The position numbers were made by a program, and so were the translations under genes. Positions 27,215 through 37,372 of a stretch of 64,000 nucleotides of DNA are shown here, in pieces (positions within the stretch are counted from its first letter, which is position 1; the number at the start of each line of letters is the position of its first letter). The notes under the pieces are model-generated. The model saw only the letters and a program-made list of their open reading frames with translations, searched no databases and was not told the DNA's origin. The stretch comes from a bacterium (GTDB taxonomy: Bacteria; UBA8248): NCBI GenBank assembly GCA_963692865.2, contig OY843592.1, positions 1,056,001 through 1,120,000 on the forward strand. The letters run 5' to 3'.

Positions 27215-28345
27215 TCAGGCCGTTCGCCTGTGTTCATGCTTCACGCAGTCGTCTACGAACTCGTTCACCATCTCGCGCGTGACGTGCGGCATGGTGATGA
27301 TGTGGGCGATGTCGCCCAGCGGGGCGATTTGCCACTTGCGCATCACCTCGGCCGGGGGTCTGGGGAAGACGACCGTCACCGAGTTCTCGTGGCGCCAGGC
27401 GGGAACCCCGAACTCGCCAAAGCGCTCGACCGCGTACCCGGCGACCGCCAGCATTTCCGCCACCAGCTCCCGGAACCCGTCCATCCCCAGGCGCTCTAAG
27501 GCGTACCAGAGCATGAGCGGCGTCAGCCCGCTGCGCGAGCCGGGCAGCGTGGTGTCGAGCACGCCCACGTATTCTATCGAGCGCGCGATGCGCGCCACGT
27601 AATCTCGCTTCGTCAGCACGACACCGCAGGGCAGCGGACAGCCGATGAGCTTGTGGCCGCTGATGGATACGCTGTCGAAGCCGGCGTCGAAGCCATAGGG
27701 CTGCGGCTCCTCGACGAAGGGCAGGATCATGCCGCTCAGGGCGGCGTCCGCGTGGACGTAGGCGTTCGTGACCGCCAGGTCGTCCAGGATGCCGCGCACC
27801 TTGCGCACGTCGTCCACGGCGCCCTTCATCGTCGTGCCGATGTTCGCCATGAAGATGACGGGAACGTCGCGGTGGATGCGGATGGTCTCGCGCAGGTCCT
27901 CGTAGTCGATTTCTCCGTCGTCCCGGCTCTTGATCATGATGTTGCGCACGTTCAGCACGCGCAGGATCTTGAGGACGCTGTAGTGCGTGTCCTGCGAGAA
28001 ATAGACCACCCCGTTCGGGAAGAGTTCGCGCCCCATGTAGATGCCGTACATGTTGCCCTCGGTTCCGCCGGAGGTGACGTAGCCCCAGGCGTGTTCCTGC
28101 TCCAGGCGCATCAGGGAAGCGAACCGGGCGATGACCTCGCGTTCGATCTCGTGCGTGTTGCTGCGGAAATTGCTGTCGTGAAAGGGGTCGCCCACGTTGT
28201 TGAGGCTGTAGTCCAGAAAGGGCAGCAAGTCCGAGTAATCGAAGTCCTGGTTGCAGGGATAGCCCACCTGCCGCCGGCCCAGTTCCTCGAAATCGCGCCG
28301 TAATGCGTCGAGACGCGTCCCGGTGAGTGGATTCGGTTCGTTCAT
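27215..28345 (-). CDS. hdcA: PLP-dependent histidine decarboxylase (group II; serine decarboxylase-like activity not excluded)
   Basis: GYP, NNVGDP, WGYVTSGGTEGNMYG, THYSV, NIGTTMKGAVD, HADAALSG, SGHK.IG.P.PCG and GSR.G.TP motifs. Confidence 0.82.
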   Translation of the reverse strand: MNEPNPLTGTRLDALRRDFEELGRRQVGYPCNQDFDYSDLLPFLDYSLNNVGDPFHDSNFRSNTHEIEREVIARFASLMRLEQEHAWGYVTSGGTEGNMYGIYMGRELFPNGVVYFSQDTHYSVLKILRVLNVRNIMIKSRDDGEIDYEDLRETIRIHRDVPVIFMANIGTTMKGAVDDVRKVRGILDDLAVTNAYVHADAALSGMILPFVEEPQPYGFDAGFDSVSISGHKLIGCPLPCGVVLTKRDYVARIARSIEYVGVLDTTLPGSRSGLTPLMLWYALERLGMDGFRELVAEMLAVAGYAVERFGEFGVPAWRHENSVTVVFPRPPAEVMRKWQIAPLGDIAHIITMPHVTREMVNEFVDDCVKHEHRRTA

Positions 28346-28494
28346 GGCTGAAACCCTCCTGCTCGCGCGAGAGCGAGGTCTTCGGAATTTCTTCCGCGCG
28401 CCTCATCTTCCGCTGCTTTGGACGCCGGATGGCGGCGAAAGTTCCACACGGCTTCAAGATACCCTATTTTCGAGGAGGGAAAAACGACAAAATG

Positions 28495-28884
28495 CCCCTG
28501 TACAGGGGGTTGTTGAAATAGTCCTTCTCTTTCGGAATCGGCCACCGCCGTCATTCCGGCTTTCGCCGGAATGACGAACAAAACCGCACTGCCTCGTAGG
28601 GACAGGTCGCTGTCCCTACAGCCCCTCCCCGTTTGCGGGGATTGCAGACGAGACTTTTTCAACAGCCCCCTCAAGGGGGGAGTGAAATTCGGCGTGTTCC
28701 TTCTGTGGACTTTTCAACAACCCCGTGGAGGGAGCGTTTGTATCGAAGGGCTTGCCCGAGTCTGTCGAGGGGAGCGCTCCCCTTCTTGGCCGGCAATCGC
28801 TCCCGCATTGGTCGCTATTGACCTTCGATACGCGGCTTCGCCGCTATTCAGGAGGAGGCGGAGAGGGGTTTTCAACAACCCCTT
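28495..28884. repeat. Cluster of MITE-end and palindromic repeats
   Basis: GGGGTTGTTGAAA (about 28506); GTCATTCCGGC-TTTC-GCCGGAATGAC (28550); GTAGGGACAG..CTGTCCCTAC (28596); TTTTCAACA(G/A)CCCC at about 28656, 28711 and 28869. Confidence 0.8.
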
Positions 28885-28961
28885 CAGGTGAGGATGCGCG
28901 ATGGGAGGTGCTCGGCGTCGGCCTGGGTTTTTCTGGACGGGGCGCATGGGGCGGCGAATTG

Positions 28962-28990
28962 TTGACACCACGGGATGCCAGCCGTAAGAT
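28962..28990 (+). promoter_or_regulatory. sigma70 promoter of nuo operon 1
   Basis: TTGACA-N17-TAAGAT, 67 bp upstream of nuoA. Confidence 0.7.
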
Positions 28991-29057
28991 GCGCTCGATT
29001 TGACATCCCATGTGGCATGAGAAAAAGGTGCGCGCTTGAGCGCCGTGGGGGCATAAA

Positions 29058-29414
29058 ATGCCGGAAGAGTATCTACCCATACTGATTCTCATAGCGCTGG
29101 CGGTCGGATTCGCCGTCGTGAACCTGGGCGTGACGTTCCTGCTCGGCAGGCGCAAGTCCACCGTGGAGAAGGACTTCGCGTATGAGTGCGGCATCGTGCC
29201 GGAGTCGAACGCGCGCGGGCGCTTCAGCGTGAAGTTCTTTCTGGTGGCGATTCTGTTCATCGTCTTCGACGTGGAGCTCATTTTCTTGTATCCATGGGCG
29301 GTGAACCTGAAGAGCATGGGCGTGTACGCTTTTCTCGCGATTCTGCCTTTCATGGCTTTGCTGGTGGCCAGCCTGATATACGAGTGGCGCCGGGGAGCGC
29401 TCGAATGGGACTAG
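29058..29414 (+). CDS. nuoA: NADH-quinone oxidoreductase subunit A
   Basis: YECG, FIVFDVE.IFLYPWA and GALEW motifs. Confidence 0.96.
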   Translation: MPEEYLPILILIALAVGFAVVNLGVTFLLGRRKSTVEKDFAYECGIVPESNARGRFSVKFFLVAILFIVFDVELIFLYPWAVNLKSMGVYAFLAILPFMALLVASLIYEWRRGALEWD

Positions 29415-29902
29415 AACAACAACTCGAAGGCCAGGTGGTGCTGGGCCGCGCGACCGACGTCATCAAATGGGCGCGCAAGAACAGCCTGTGGCCCGCGCTT
29501 TTCGGCCTGGCGTGCTGCGCCATCGAGATGATGTCGACCTCGGCGGCGAAATACGACATCTCGCGCTTCGGCGCCGAGGTGTTCCGCGCCTCGCCCCGAC
29601 AGGCGGACTTGATGATCGTGGCGGGCCGGGTGTCGCGCAAGATGGCCCCCGTGCTGCGGCAGATTTACGATCAGATGCCCGAGCCGAAATGGGTGATCTC
29701 CATGGGCGCGTGCGCGTCCACGGGCGGGATATTCAACAACTACGCCCTCGTGCAGGGCGTGGACGAGGTCGTGCCCGTCGATATCTACGTGCCGGGCTGC
29801 CCGCCGCGCCCCGAGACGCTCATCGACGGGATCATGAAGCTGCAGGCGAAGATTGCGGATGAAACGCTCTACCGAGAGGATTCCGGCGTCACCTCGCTTT
29901 AG
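29405..29902 (+). CDS. nuoB: NADH-quinone oxidoreductase subunit B
   Basis: [22 protein letters not shown] and PGCPPRPE motifs; ATG at 29405. Confidence 0.96.
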   Translation: MGLEQQLEGQVVLGRATDVIKWARKNSLWPALFGLACCAIEMMSTSAAKYDISRFGAEVFRASPRQADLMIVAGRVSRKMAPVLRQIYDQMPEPKWVISMGACASTGGIFNNYALVQGVDEVVPVDIYVPGCPPRPETLIDGIMKLQAKIADETLYREDSGVTSL

Positions 29903-30012
29903 ATGATGTGATAAGGCTCCCCGCGCAACGTGAGTTGGAAGTAGAAACAATAGCGGGGTGAGCGCTTTTTCGTGAAATAAGATAAACCTTTTTGGAATGA
30001 GGGATTGAGCCG

Positions 30013-30573
30013 TTGAGTGAAGAGGAGCGCGAGCAGGCCGAGGCGGCGGAGCCCATTGAGAAGACGGACCCCGACCTCGTATTGCTTCAGGCGAAGATCG
30101 GGGGCGGTTTTCTCGGCGCGCGCGCGCATCGCGGCCAGATATCCGCGCAGGTCGCGCCGGAGGCGTTGCTCGACGCGGCGCGGTTTCTGCGCGACGAGAG
30201 AGGCTACAAGCTGCTGAGTTTCGTCTGCGGGGTGGATTGCCTGGAGTTGCCGGTTCCCTACCGGTTCAAGGTGACGTATTCGCTCCTGAACCCCGAGAGA
30301 TCGCGGCGTCTGAGGGTCGAAGCCCCCTGCGCGGACGATCTCGAACCGGCGATGCCCAGCGTCTGCGGGATATGGCCGGGCGCGAGGCTCCATGAGAGCG
30401 AGGCGTACGACCTTCTGGGGATCACCTTCGAGGGGCACCCCGAACTCGAGCGCATCCTCACGCCCGAGGGCTTCGAGGGGCATCCCCACCGCAAGGATTT
30501 CGACATCTCCGCCGAGCCGGTGGCGTTCACCTTCAGGGACACGCCCGCGGGCAAGCCCCAGGCGGCGGAATAA
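30013..30573 (+). CDS. nuoC: NADH-quinone oxidoreductase subunit C
   Basis: GVD, E.E.YDLLGI.F.GHP.L.RIL and GHP.RKDF motifs. Confidence 0.93.
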   Translation: MSEEEREQAEAAEPIEKTDPDLVLLQAKIGGGFLGARAHRGQISAQVAPEALLDAARFLRDERGYKLLSFVCGVDCLELPVPYRFKVTYSLLNPERSRRLRVEAPCADDLEPAMPSVCGIWPGARLHESEAYDLLGITFEGHPELERILTPEGFEGHPHRKDFDISAEPVAFTFRDTPAGKPQAAE

Positions 30574-30591
30574 GGATCACGGGAGCCGTTG

Positions 30592-31815
30592 ATGGCCACG
30601 CAAACGCAGCGCACCGACCCCCTCGACAGCGACGTGCTCGGTCCCATCCAGACCGAGACCATGACGCTCAACATGGGGCCGCAGCACCCGAGCACCCACG
30701 GGGTCCTGCGCGTGGTGCTCGAACTCGACGGCGAGACGGTGCTCTCGTGCAAGCCCGTCATCGGCTACCTGCACACCGGCATCGAGAAGAACATGGAGGA
30801 GAAGACCTACAACAAGGCCCTCCCCATGACCGACCGCATGGACTACCTGGCGCCCATGTCGAACAACCTGGGCTTCGTTCTGGCGGTGGAGAAACTCCTG
30901 GACATGGAGGTTCCCCGAAGGTGTAAGTATCTGCGGGTATTGCTCGCCGAGATGACGCGCCTGAACAGCCACCTGGTCTGGCTCGGCACCCACGCGCTCG
31001 ATCTGGGCGCGATGACGGTCTTTCTCTATTGCTTCCGGGAGCGGGAGCAGCTCTTGAAGATTTTCGAGAAGGTGTCGGGCGTGCGCATGATGACGAGCTA
31101 TTTCCGCGTGGGCGGCGTGGCGCGCGAGCCGTACCCTTCGTTTTACGAGGATTGCCGGAATTTCCTGGAACCCTTCTCGGAGCGCGTTGACGAGTACGAG
31201 GAACTGCTCACGAACAACCCCATCTATATAAGGCGCGCACGGGGCGTGTGCGCCATGACGGCGGAGCAGGCCTACGCCCTCGGCATCACGGGGCCGCTGC
31301 TCAGAGCCTGCGGCGTCCCCTACGACATCCGCAAGAACGAGCCCTACTCGGGCTATGAGGAGTTCGACTTCGAGGTCCCCGTGGGCGAGCGGGGGGACAT
31401 TCTGGACAGGTATCTGGTGCGGATCGCCGAGATGCGCGAGTCCCGGCGCATCGCCATGCAGGCGCTCGAGGGAATGCCCGAAGGGCCCCTCATGGCGGAC
31501 AACCCCAAGGTGGTGCCGCCGCCCAAGGAGCAGTTGGCCCACGACATGGAGGCGCTGATCCACCACTTCAAGATATTCACCGAGGGCTACGGCGTGCCCG
31601 AGGGAGAGGTGTACCAGGCCATAGAGTCCCCGCGGGGAGAGCTCGGCTTCTACATGATCAGCGACGGCGGCCCGGGTCCTTACAAGGTAAAGGTGCGCGC
31701 GCCGAGTTTCGCGAATCTCCACGCGCTCTCCGAGATCACCCGGGGCGGGCTGATGGGCGACGTCGTGGCCGCCATCGGCAGCATCGACATCGTGCTGGGC
31801 GAGATAGATCGCTAG
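30592..31815 (+). CDS. nuoD: NADH-quinone oxidoreductase subunit D
   Basis: NMGPQHPSTHGVLR, DRMDY, ESPRGELG and DIVLGEIDR motifs. Confidence 0.97.
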   Translation: MATQTQRTDPLDSDVLGPIQTETMTLNMGPQHPSTHGVLRVVLELDGETVLSCKPVIGYLHTGIEKNMEEKTYNKALPMTDRMDYLAPMSNNLGFVLAVEKLLDMEVPRRCKYLRVLLAEMTRLNSHLVWLGTHALDLGAMTVFLYCFREREQLLKIFEKVSGVRMMTSYFRVGGVAREPYPSFYEDCRNFLEPFSERVDEYEELLTNNPIYIRRARGVCAMTAEQAYALGITGPLLRACGVPYDIRKNEPYSGYEEFDFEVPVGERGDILDRYLVRIAEMRESRRIAMQALEGMPEGPLMADNPKVVPPPKEQLAHDMEALIHHFKIFTEGYGVPEGEVYQAIESPRGELGFYMISDGGPGPYKVKVRAPSFANLHALSEITRGGLMGDVVAAIGSIDIVLGEIDR

Positions 31816-31839
31816 AGTGAAATAGAGGGCGGTATTGTT

Positions 31840-32442
31840 TTGGCGTTGATACGGTTTCCCCATTCCGGGCAGGAAGAGCGCTTCGAGTTCTCGCCCGAGA
31901 ACCGCGCGGAACTGGAGCGCATGATCGCCAGGTATCCGGTGAAGCGCTCGGCCCTCATCCCCGCGCTTCAACTGGCGCAGGAGCAGGAGGGCTACATCAC
32001 CAGCGCGGTGATGCAGGGCGTGGCCGAGATTTTCGAGGTCTCCCCCATGGAGGTGTGGGGCGTGGTGAGCTTCTACACCATGCTCAAGACGCAGCCCATC
32101 GGGGAATACCACGTGCAGGTGTGCAACAACCTCTCGTGCGCCTTGATGGGGGCGGGGAGGCTGCTGCGCGAGATTGAGAACCGGCTCGATTGCCGCACCG
32201 GCCACACGCGCGAGGACGGGAAGTTCTCGATAGAGGCGGTCGAATGCCTCGGCGCGTGCGGGGGCGCTCCCTGCGTGCAGATAAACGAAGACTACTTCGA
32301 GCGCGTAACGCCCGAGATCATGAACGATATCTTCGGCGCGCTGGAAAAGGGCGAGTCCGTCTCGCCCATCGGGGCGGACGAGGTGGTATCGCCCGCTCTG
32401 GCGGGCGCCGAAGAAACAGACGGCGAAGGCCGAGGAGCCTGA
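31840..32442 (+). CDS. nuoE: NADH-quinone oxidoreductase subunit E
   Basis: SFY, VCNNLSC and ECLGAC (cluster N1a ligands). Confidence 0.95.
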   Translation: MALIRFPHSGQEERFEFSPENRAELERMIARYPVKRSALIPALQLAQEQEGYITSAVMQGVAEIFEVSPMEVWGVVSFYTMLKTQPIGEYHVQVCNNLSCALMGAGRLLREIENRLDCRTGHTREDGKFSIEAVECLGACGGAPCVQINEDYFERVTPEIMNDIFGALEKGESVSPIGADEVVSPALAGAEETDGEGRGA

Positions 32443-32444
32443 AG

Positions 32445-33749
32445 ATGGCGCTGGTGCTGGAGAAAATCGTGACGGGCCGGTTCGACAACCCGGACGCGCT
32501 TCATATCGCGGGCTATGAGGCCACGGGCGGCTACGAGGCGATCCGGGGGCTCCTGGGCGGCGTCGAACCCGCGGACGTCATCGAGATGGTGAAGGCTTCC
32601 GGCCTGCGCGGGCGCGGCGGCGCGGGGTTCCCCTGCGGCCTCAAGTGGAGCTTCGTGCCCCAGGTGGACGGGCCGAAATACCTGGCCGTCAACGCCGACG
32701 AGGGAGAGCCCGGCACGTTCAAGGACCGCGAACTCATGCTGCGCGACCCGCACCAGCTCATCGAGGGCATCCTCATCGCGTGTTACGCCGTGGGAATCGA
32801 GAAGGCCTACATCTACATTCGCGGCGAGTTCGTCGCCCCCTGGCGCGCGGTCGAGAAGGCCCTGGCCGAGGCCTACGAGAAGGGCTACGTCGGCCGGAAC
32901 ATCATGGGCAGCGGTTTTTCGTGCGACATCTACACCCACCGGGGCGCGGGCGCCTACATCTGCGGCGAGGAGACGGGCCTTCTGGAGTCGCTCGAGGGCA
33001 AGCGCGGTCACCCGCGCTTGAAGCCGCCGTTTCCGGCGGTGGTGGGCCTCTACGCGCGGCCCACGGTCATCAACAACGTGGAGACGCTCGCGAATCTGCC
33101 CCACATCGTGAACAAGGGGGCGGAATGGTTCGCCGGCATCGGGATCGACGAGAAAAACTCAGGCACCCGCATGTACTGCGTCTCGGGCCACGTGGCGAAG
33201 CCGGGCCTCTACGAGTTGCCGCTCGGCCTGACGTGCGAGGAGATGATTCACGAGCACTGCGGCGGGATGAGAAACGGCGCGGCTCTCAAGGCGGTGATTC
33301 CCGGCGGCGCGAGCGCGCCCGCCCTCACGGCGAAGGAAGTGTATGAGGACAAGGTGAAGATGGATTTCGACTCCCTCGCGAAGGCCGGCAGCATGGGCGG
33401 AAGCGGCGGCGTCATCGTCATGGACGAGACCACTTGCATGGTGCAGGCGGCGGGCAGGCTCGCCGCCTTTTTCGAGCACGAATCCTGCGGGCAGTGCTCC
33501 GTCTGCCGGGAGGGGACCGGCTGGGTGTCCGAGATTCTGGCGCGCATGGAGCGGGGCGAGGGTAAACCCGACGATCTCGATACGCTCGCGTCGATAGACC
33601 CCAACATGCGCGGCAACACCATCTGCGTGCTCTCGGACGCGTGCGCCATGATGTTCGGCGCGTTTTTGACGAAATTTCACGATGAGTTTGAAGCGCACAT
33701 CTCTCTGGGCCGCTGTCCGCTGGGCAGCCCGTATCCCGCCGCGATGTGA
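32445..33749 (+). CDS. nuoF: NADH-quinone oxidoreductase subunit F
   Basis: SGLRGRGGAGFP, NADEGEPGTFKDR, GAYICGEET and ESCGQCSVCREG motifs; ATG at 32445. Confidence 0.97.
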   Translation: MALVLEKIVTGRFDNPDALHIAGYEATGGYEAIRGLLGGVEPADVIEMVKASGLRGRGGAGFPCGLKWSFVPQVDGPKYLAVNADEGEPGTFKDRELMLRDPHQLIEGILIACYAVGIEKAYIYIRGEFVAPWRAVEKALAEAYEKGYVGRNIMGSGFSCDIYTHRGAGAYICGEETGLLESLEGKRGHPRLKPPFPAVVGLYARPTVINNVETLANLPHIVNKGAEWFAGIGIDEKNSGTRMYCVSGHVAKPGLYELPLGLTCEEMIHEHCGGMRNGAALKAVIPGGASAPALTAKEVYEDKVKMDFDSLAKAGSMGGSGGVIVMDETTCMVQAAGRLAAFFEHESCGQCSVCREGTGWVSEILARMERGEGKPDDLDTLASIDPNMRGNTICVLSDACAMMFGAFLTKFHDEFEAHISLGRCPLGSPYPAAM

Positions 33750-33766
33750 TGGGGGAGAGGCGATAG

Positions 33767-36364
33767 ATGTCGAATGAGCAGGTAACCTTCGTATTCAACG
33801 ACCAGAGCATCACGATGGACAAGGGTCTGCCCGTGCTGGAGGCCGCGCTGCGCATCGGCGCGCACGTTCCGCACTTCTGCTATCACAAGAACCTCTCCAT
33901 CGTGGGCCAGTGCCGGGCCTGCCTCGTCGAGGTGCTCGACGCCGGCAACGGCCGGCCGATACCCAAGCTCCAGCCTTCGTGCGCCACGCCGCCGGCGGAG
34001 GGCATGGTGATCAGCTCGGTGACCCCGCGCGTCATCGAGGCGCAGGAAGGGGTGTTCGAGTTTCTGCTCAAGAACCATCCGCTCGATTGTCCGGTCTGCG
34101 ATCAGGGCGGCGAGTGCCCCCTGCAGGATCAGACCATGGCCTACGGCAAGGCGATCAGCAGGACGCACGAGTTCCGGCGCATCTATCCGCGCAAGGAGAT
34201 CAGCCCCTTCATCAAGCCCGAGATGAACCGCTGCGTGCACTGCACGCGGTGCATCCGCTTCACCGAGGAGATCGACGGAGGGGCGGAGTTCGGCTGGGCG
34301 CAGCGCGGCGACCGCACCGAGGTGGGCGTTTATGAGGACCTGCCCTTGACGAGCGTCGTCTCGGGCAACGTCATCGACATCTGCCCCGTCGGCGCGCTCA
34401 CGGACAACAAATACCGCTTCACCGCGCGCGTGTGGGAGATGGAGGAGACCCAGGGCCCCTGCACGCTTTGCAGCGTGGGCTGCCGCCAGGGCGTCTGGAC
34501 GAAGGACGGCGAGATCAAGCGCGTCACGGCGGGGGAGAACGAAAGAGTCAACGACACCTGGATTTGCGACGTGGCGCGCTACGGCTGGAGCGGGGCGCAC
34601 GGCGAGGGGCGCATCACCCAGCCGATGATCAGAAAAGACGGCGAGCTGACGCCCGTCGGCTGGGCGGAAGCGGTCGGCGAGGCGGCGAGGGGTTTGGGCG
34701 CAATCGTCGAGGAATCCGGCGGCGGCGCAATCGCCGGTCTGGGCGGGGCGTCCTCCACGAACGAGACGGCTTACCAGTTCGGCGCCTTCATGCGTTCGAC
34801 TCTGGGAACCAACCACGTGGACAGCCGGATCCATCCGCGCGACATCGTGCAGACCGACTTGCAGCGCGCCGCCCTGGGCGGCGTGGGCGGCGCGGGCTCC
34901 ATCGAGGAGTTGGGCCGCTCCAGGGCCATCGTCATCGTGGGCAGCGACCCGTTCACGCAACACCCCATACTCGCGCTACAGATCAGAAAGGCGCACGGGG
35001 CGGGCGCGGTGGTCGTGAACGTGAACCAGAGGCGGATCGACTTGCGCGTTCAGGGCAGGACGCACCACCTGGTTCCCGTGCTGGGGGGCATCTCGCGCAC
35101 CCTGCGCGCGCTGGCCACCTGCCTCGTGGACGGCGGCGTGAAGCCCGAAGGAGCGGACGCGGCGGAGTACGCGGCGCTCATAGATTCCGTGGAACTGACG
35201 CGCCTGTGCGAAGAGGCGGACGTGGCGCCCGAGGCCGTCATGGACGCCGCCCGGGCGATTCTGGGGGCCGAGGGCCCCGTGAGCGTCGTCTCGGGCCCGG
35301 GAGAGACCGGGAAGGTCGCCGTAACGGAGGCGATCAATCTGGGACTCCTGCTGCGCGCCAACATGCTCTTCGCGGCAGGCGCGCCGAACTTACAAGGCGC
35401 AATCGACATGGGCCTGCACCCCGATACGCTGCCCGGCGGCGATTTGTCGGACGAGGCCGCGCGCGCCGCCTGCGGGGAGGCGTGGGGAAGGCCGCCCGGC
35501 GCGCAGGCGGGCAGGGACGCGGAAGGCATACTCGACGGTCTCACGAGCGGTGAAGTGAAGGGCCTCTATATTCTGGGCTGCGATCCCGTAGCCGAGCATC
35601 CCGACGGCGCGCGGGCGCGCGAGGCGCTGGAGAAGGCCGGGTTCGTCGTCGCGCAGACTTCTCACCTGAACGCCAGTACGGAATACGCGGACGTCGTGAT
35701 TCCCGCGCCCACGCTGTATGAGCAGGCGGGCAGCGTCACGAACCTGGAGCGCCGGGCGCAGTCCCTCCCGCGCGCGCTCAAGCCGATGATCGACAAGATG
35801 GTCCCCGAAGCCTGGCGCGCCTTCGCCGATATCGCCAAGGCGATGGAGCGTCCCATGCGGGCGAACGCGCTGGACAAGATTCAAATTCAGGCGCGCTCGC
35901 TGGTCGGCGATTACGCGGACGCCTTCGGAAGGATATCCGATGAGGGTCTGCACTTAAGACGGGAGGGAGAGAGAACCTTCCAGATCGCTCAGATTCCCGA
36001 AAAAGAGGCGCAGGAACCGGGCCTCAGGATGCTGCTCACGCCCGTATTGTGGCTCTCGGGGGCGTATATGGCCTCGGCCCATCATCTGGCCGACATGCCC
36101 GAGGCCGCGCTCGCCCTCTCGCCGAGCGATGCGGAGAGCCTGGGCGTCGCGGACGGCGATTCCGTGGAATTCGAGGTGGCGGGCGTTGTCGTTCGGCTAC
36201 CCGCGCACGTGGACAAGAACGCGCCCGTGGGCGTCGCCTTCGCGCCCGAGGGCTGTTTGCGCGCGCATGGGGGGTCGCTCCTGAACACCGGCGGCGCGCC
36301 GGGCCGCCAGGGCGTGGAGATTCAGGTCCGCAAGGCGGAGCAACCCCAGGAGGTGGGCGCCTAG
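33767..36364 (+). CDS. nuoG: NADH-quinone oxidoreductase subunit G
   Basis: HFCYH, CRAC, HPLDCPVCDQGGEC.LQD, CVHCTRCIRF, CPVGAL and an N7-type CTLCSVGC motif. Confidence 0.96.
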   Translation: MSNEQVTFVFNDQSITMDKGLPVLEAALRIGAHVPHFCYHKNLSIVGQCRACLVEVLDAGNGRPIPKLQPSCATPPAEGMVISSVTPRVIEAQEGVFEFLLKNHPLDCPVCDQGGECPLQDQTMAYGKAISRTHEFRRIYPRKEISPFIKPEMNRCVHCTRCIRFTEEIDGGAEFGWAQRGDRTEVGVYEDLPLTSVVSGNVIDICPVGALTDNKYRFTARVWEMEETQGPCTLCSVGCRQGVWTKDGEIKRVTAGENERVNDTWICDVARYGWSGAHGEGRITQPMIRKDGELTPVGWAEAVGEAARGLGAIVEESGGGAIAGLGGASSTNETAYQFGAFMRSTLGTNHVDSRIHPRDIVQTDLQRAALGGVGGAGSIEELGRSRAIVIVGSDPFTQHPILALQIRKAHGAGAVVVNVNQRRIDLRVQGRTHHLVPVLGGISRTLRALATCLVDGGVKPEGADAAEYAALIDSVELTRLCEEADVAPEAVMDAARAILGAEGPVSVVSGPGETGKVAVTEAINLGLLLRANMLFAAGAPNLQGAIDMGLHPDTLPGGDLSDEAARAACGEAWGRPPGAQAGRDAEGILDGLTSGEVKGLYILGCDPVAEHPDGARAREALEKAGFVVAQTSHLNASTEYADVVIPAPTLYEQAGSVTNLERRAQSLPRALKPMIDKMVPEAWRAFADIAKAMERPMRANALDKIQIQARSLVGDYADAFGRISDEGLHLRREGERTFQIAQIPEKEAQEPGLRMLLTPVLWLSGAYMASAHHLADMPEAALALSPSDAESLGVADGDSVEFEVAGVVVRLPAHVDKNAPVGVAFAPEGCLRAHGGSLLNTGGAPGRQGVEIQVRKAEQPQEVGA

Positions 36365-37345
36365 ATGGTTACCCTGCTCATCATTCTCGGAAAAGTGCTC
36401 GTGGGCTTCGGCGGGCTTTTGCTGCTCGCCGCCTACATGACCTGGATGGAGCGGCGCGTGTTCGCGCTCATACAGGTGCGCGTGGGCCCCAACCGCGTGG
36501 GCCCGGCGGGGCTTTTGCAGCCCATCGCCGACGGCATCAAGCTCATGTTCAAGGAAACCATCATTCCCGCCCAGGCGGACAAGGTGATTTACGTTCTGGC
36601 GCCGGCCATCACGCTCATACCGGCGCTCGCCGCATTCGCCGTGGTTCCCTTCGGCGATTCCGTGAGCGTACTCGGTCAGAAGGTGGACCTGGTGGTGGCG
36701 GACGTGAACGTCGGCATCCTCTACATCTTCGCCATGGCGGGCATCGGGGTGTACGGCATCGTGCTCGGCTCGTGGGCGTCGAACAGCAAGTATCCGCTCC
36801 TGGGCGGACTCCGCTCGGCGGCGCAGCTCATCAGCTACGAACTCTCGCTCGGCATGTCGCTTCTGGGCGTGGTGATGATCTCCGGCACCCTGAGCCTCAA
36901 GGGGATCGTCGAGGGCCAGGCCGGGATGCCCTACATCGTCTTGCAGCCCCTGGGCTTTCTGCTCTTCGTCGTCTGCATGCTGGCGGAGACGAACCGGGCG
37001 CCCTTCGATTTGCCCGAGGCAGAGAGCGAACTCACCGGCGGTTTTCATACCGAATACAGCAGCATGCACTTTGCGGTTTACTCCATCGCCGAGTACTGCA
37101 GCATGATTACGCTCTCGGCGGTGGGGGCGACGTTTTTCCTCGGCGGATGGCGCGGGCCGCTGCTGCCGCCCGTCCTGTGGTTCCTGATCAAGGTGCTGGC
37201 GTTCATGTTCTTCTTCATGTGGCTGCGCGCCTCCACGCCGCGCCTGCGCTATGACCAACTGATGGGTTTCGGATGGAAGGTGCTTCTGCCGCTCTCCATC
37301 CTGAACGTGATGCTCACGGCCGGCGCCGTCGTTTACCTGGGCTAG
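36365..37345 (+). CDS. nuoH: NADH-quinone oxidoreductase subunit H
   Basis: GPNRVG..GLLQPIADG.KL and ETNRAPFDLPEAE motifs. Confidence 0.97.
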   Translation: MVTLLIILGKVLVGFGGLLLLAAYMTWMERRVFALIQVRVGPNRVGPAGLLQPIADGIKLMFKETIIPAQADKVIYVLAPAITLIPALAAFAVVPFGDSVSVLGQKVDLVVADVNVGILYIFAMAGIGVYGIVLGSWASNSKYPLLGGLRSAAQLISYELSLGMSLLGVVMISGTLSLKGIVEGQAGMPYIVLQPLGFLLFVVCMLAETNRAPFDLPEAESELTGGFHTEYSSMHFAVYSIAEYCSMITLSAVGATFFLGGWRGPLLPPVLWFLIKVLAFMFFFMWLRASTPRLRYDQLMGFGWKVLLPLSILNVMLTAGAVVYLG

Positions 37346-37372
37346 CAGGCTGCTCGATAGGGGGAAGGTTCC

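Noticed and set aside
24975-28884. Repeat clusters as a CRISPR array
   Set aside because: The units are heterogeneous, in mixed orientation and irregularly spaced, and there are no cas genes.
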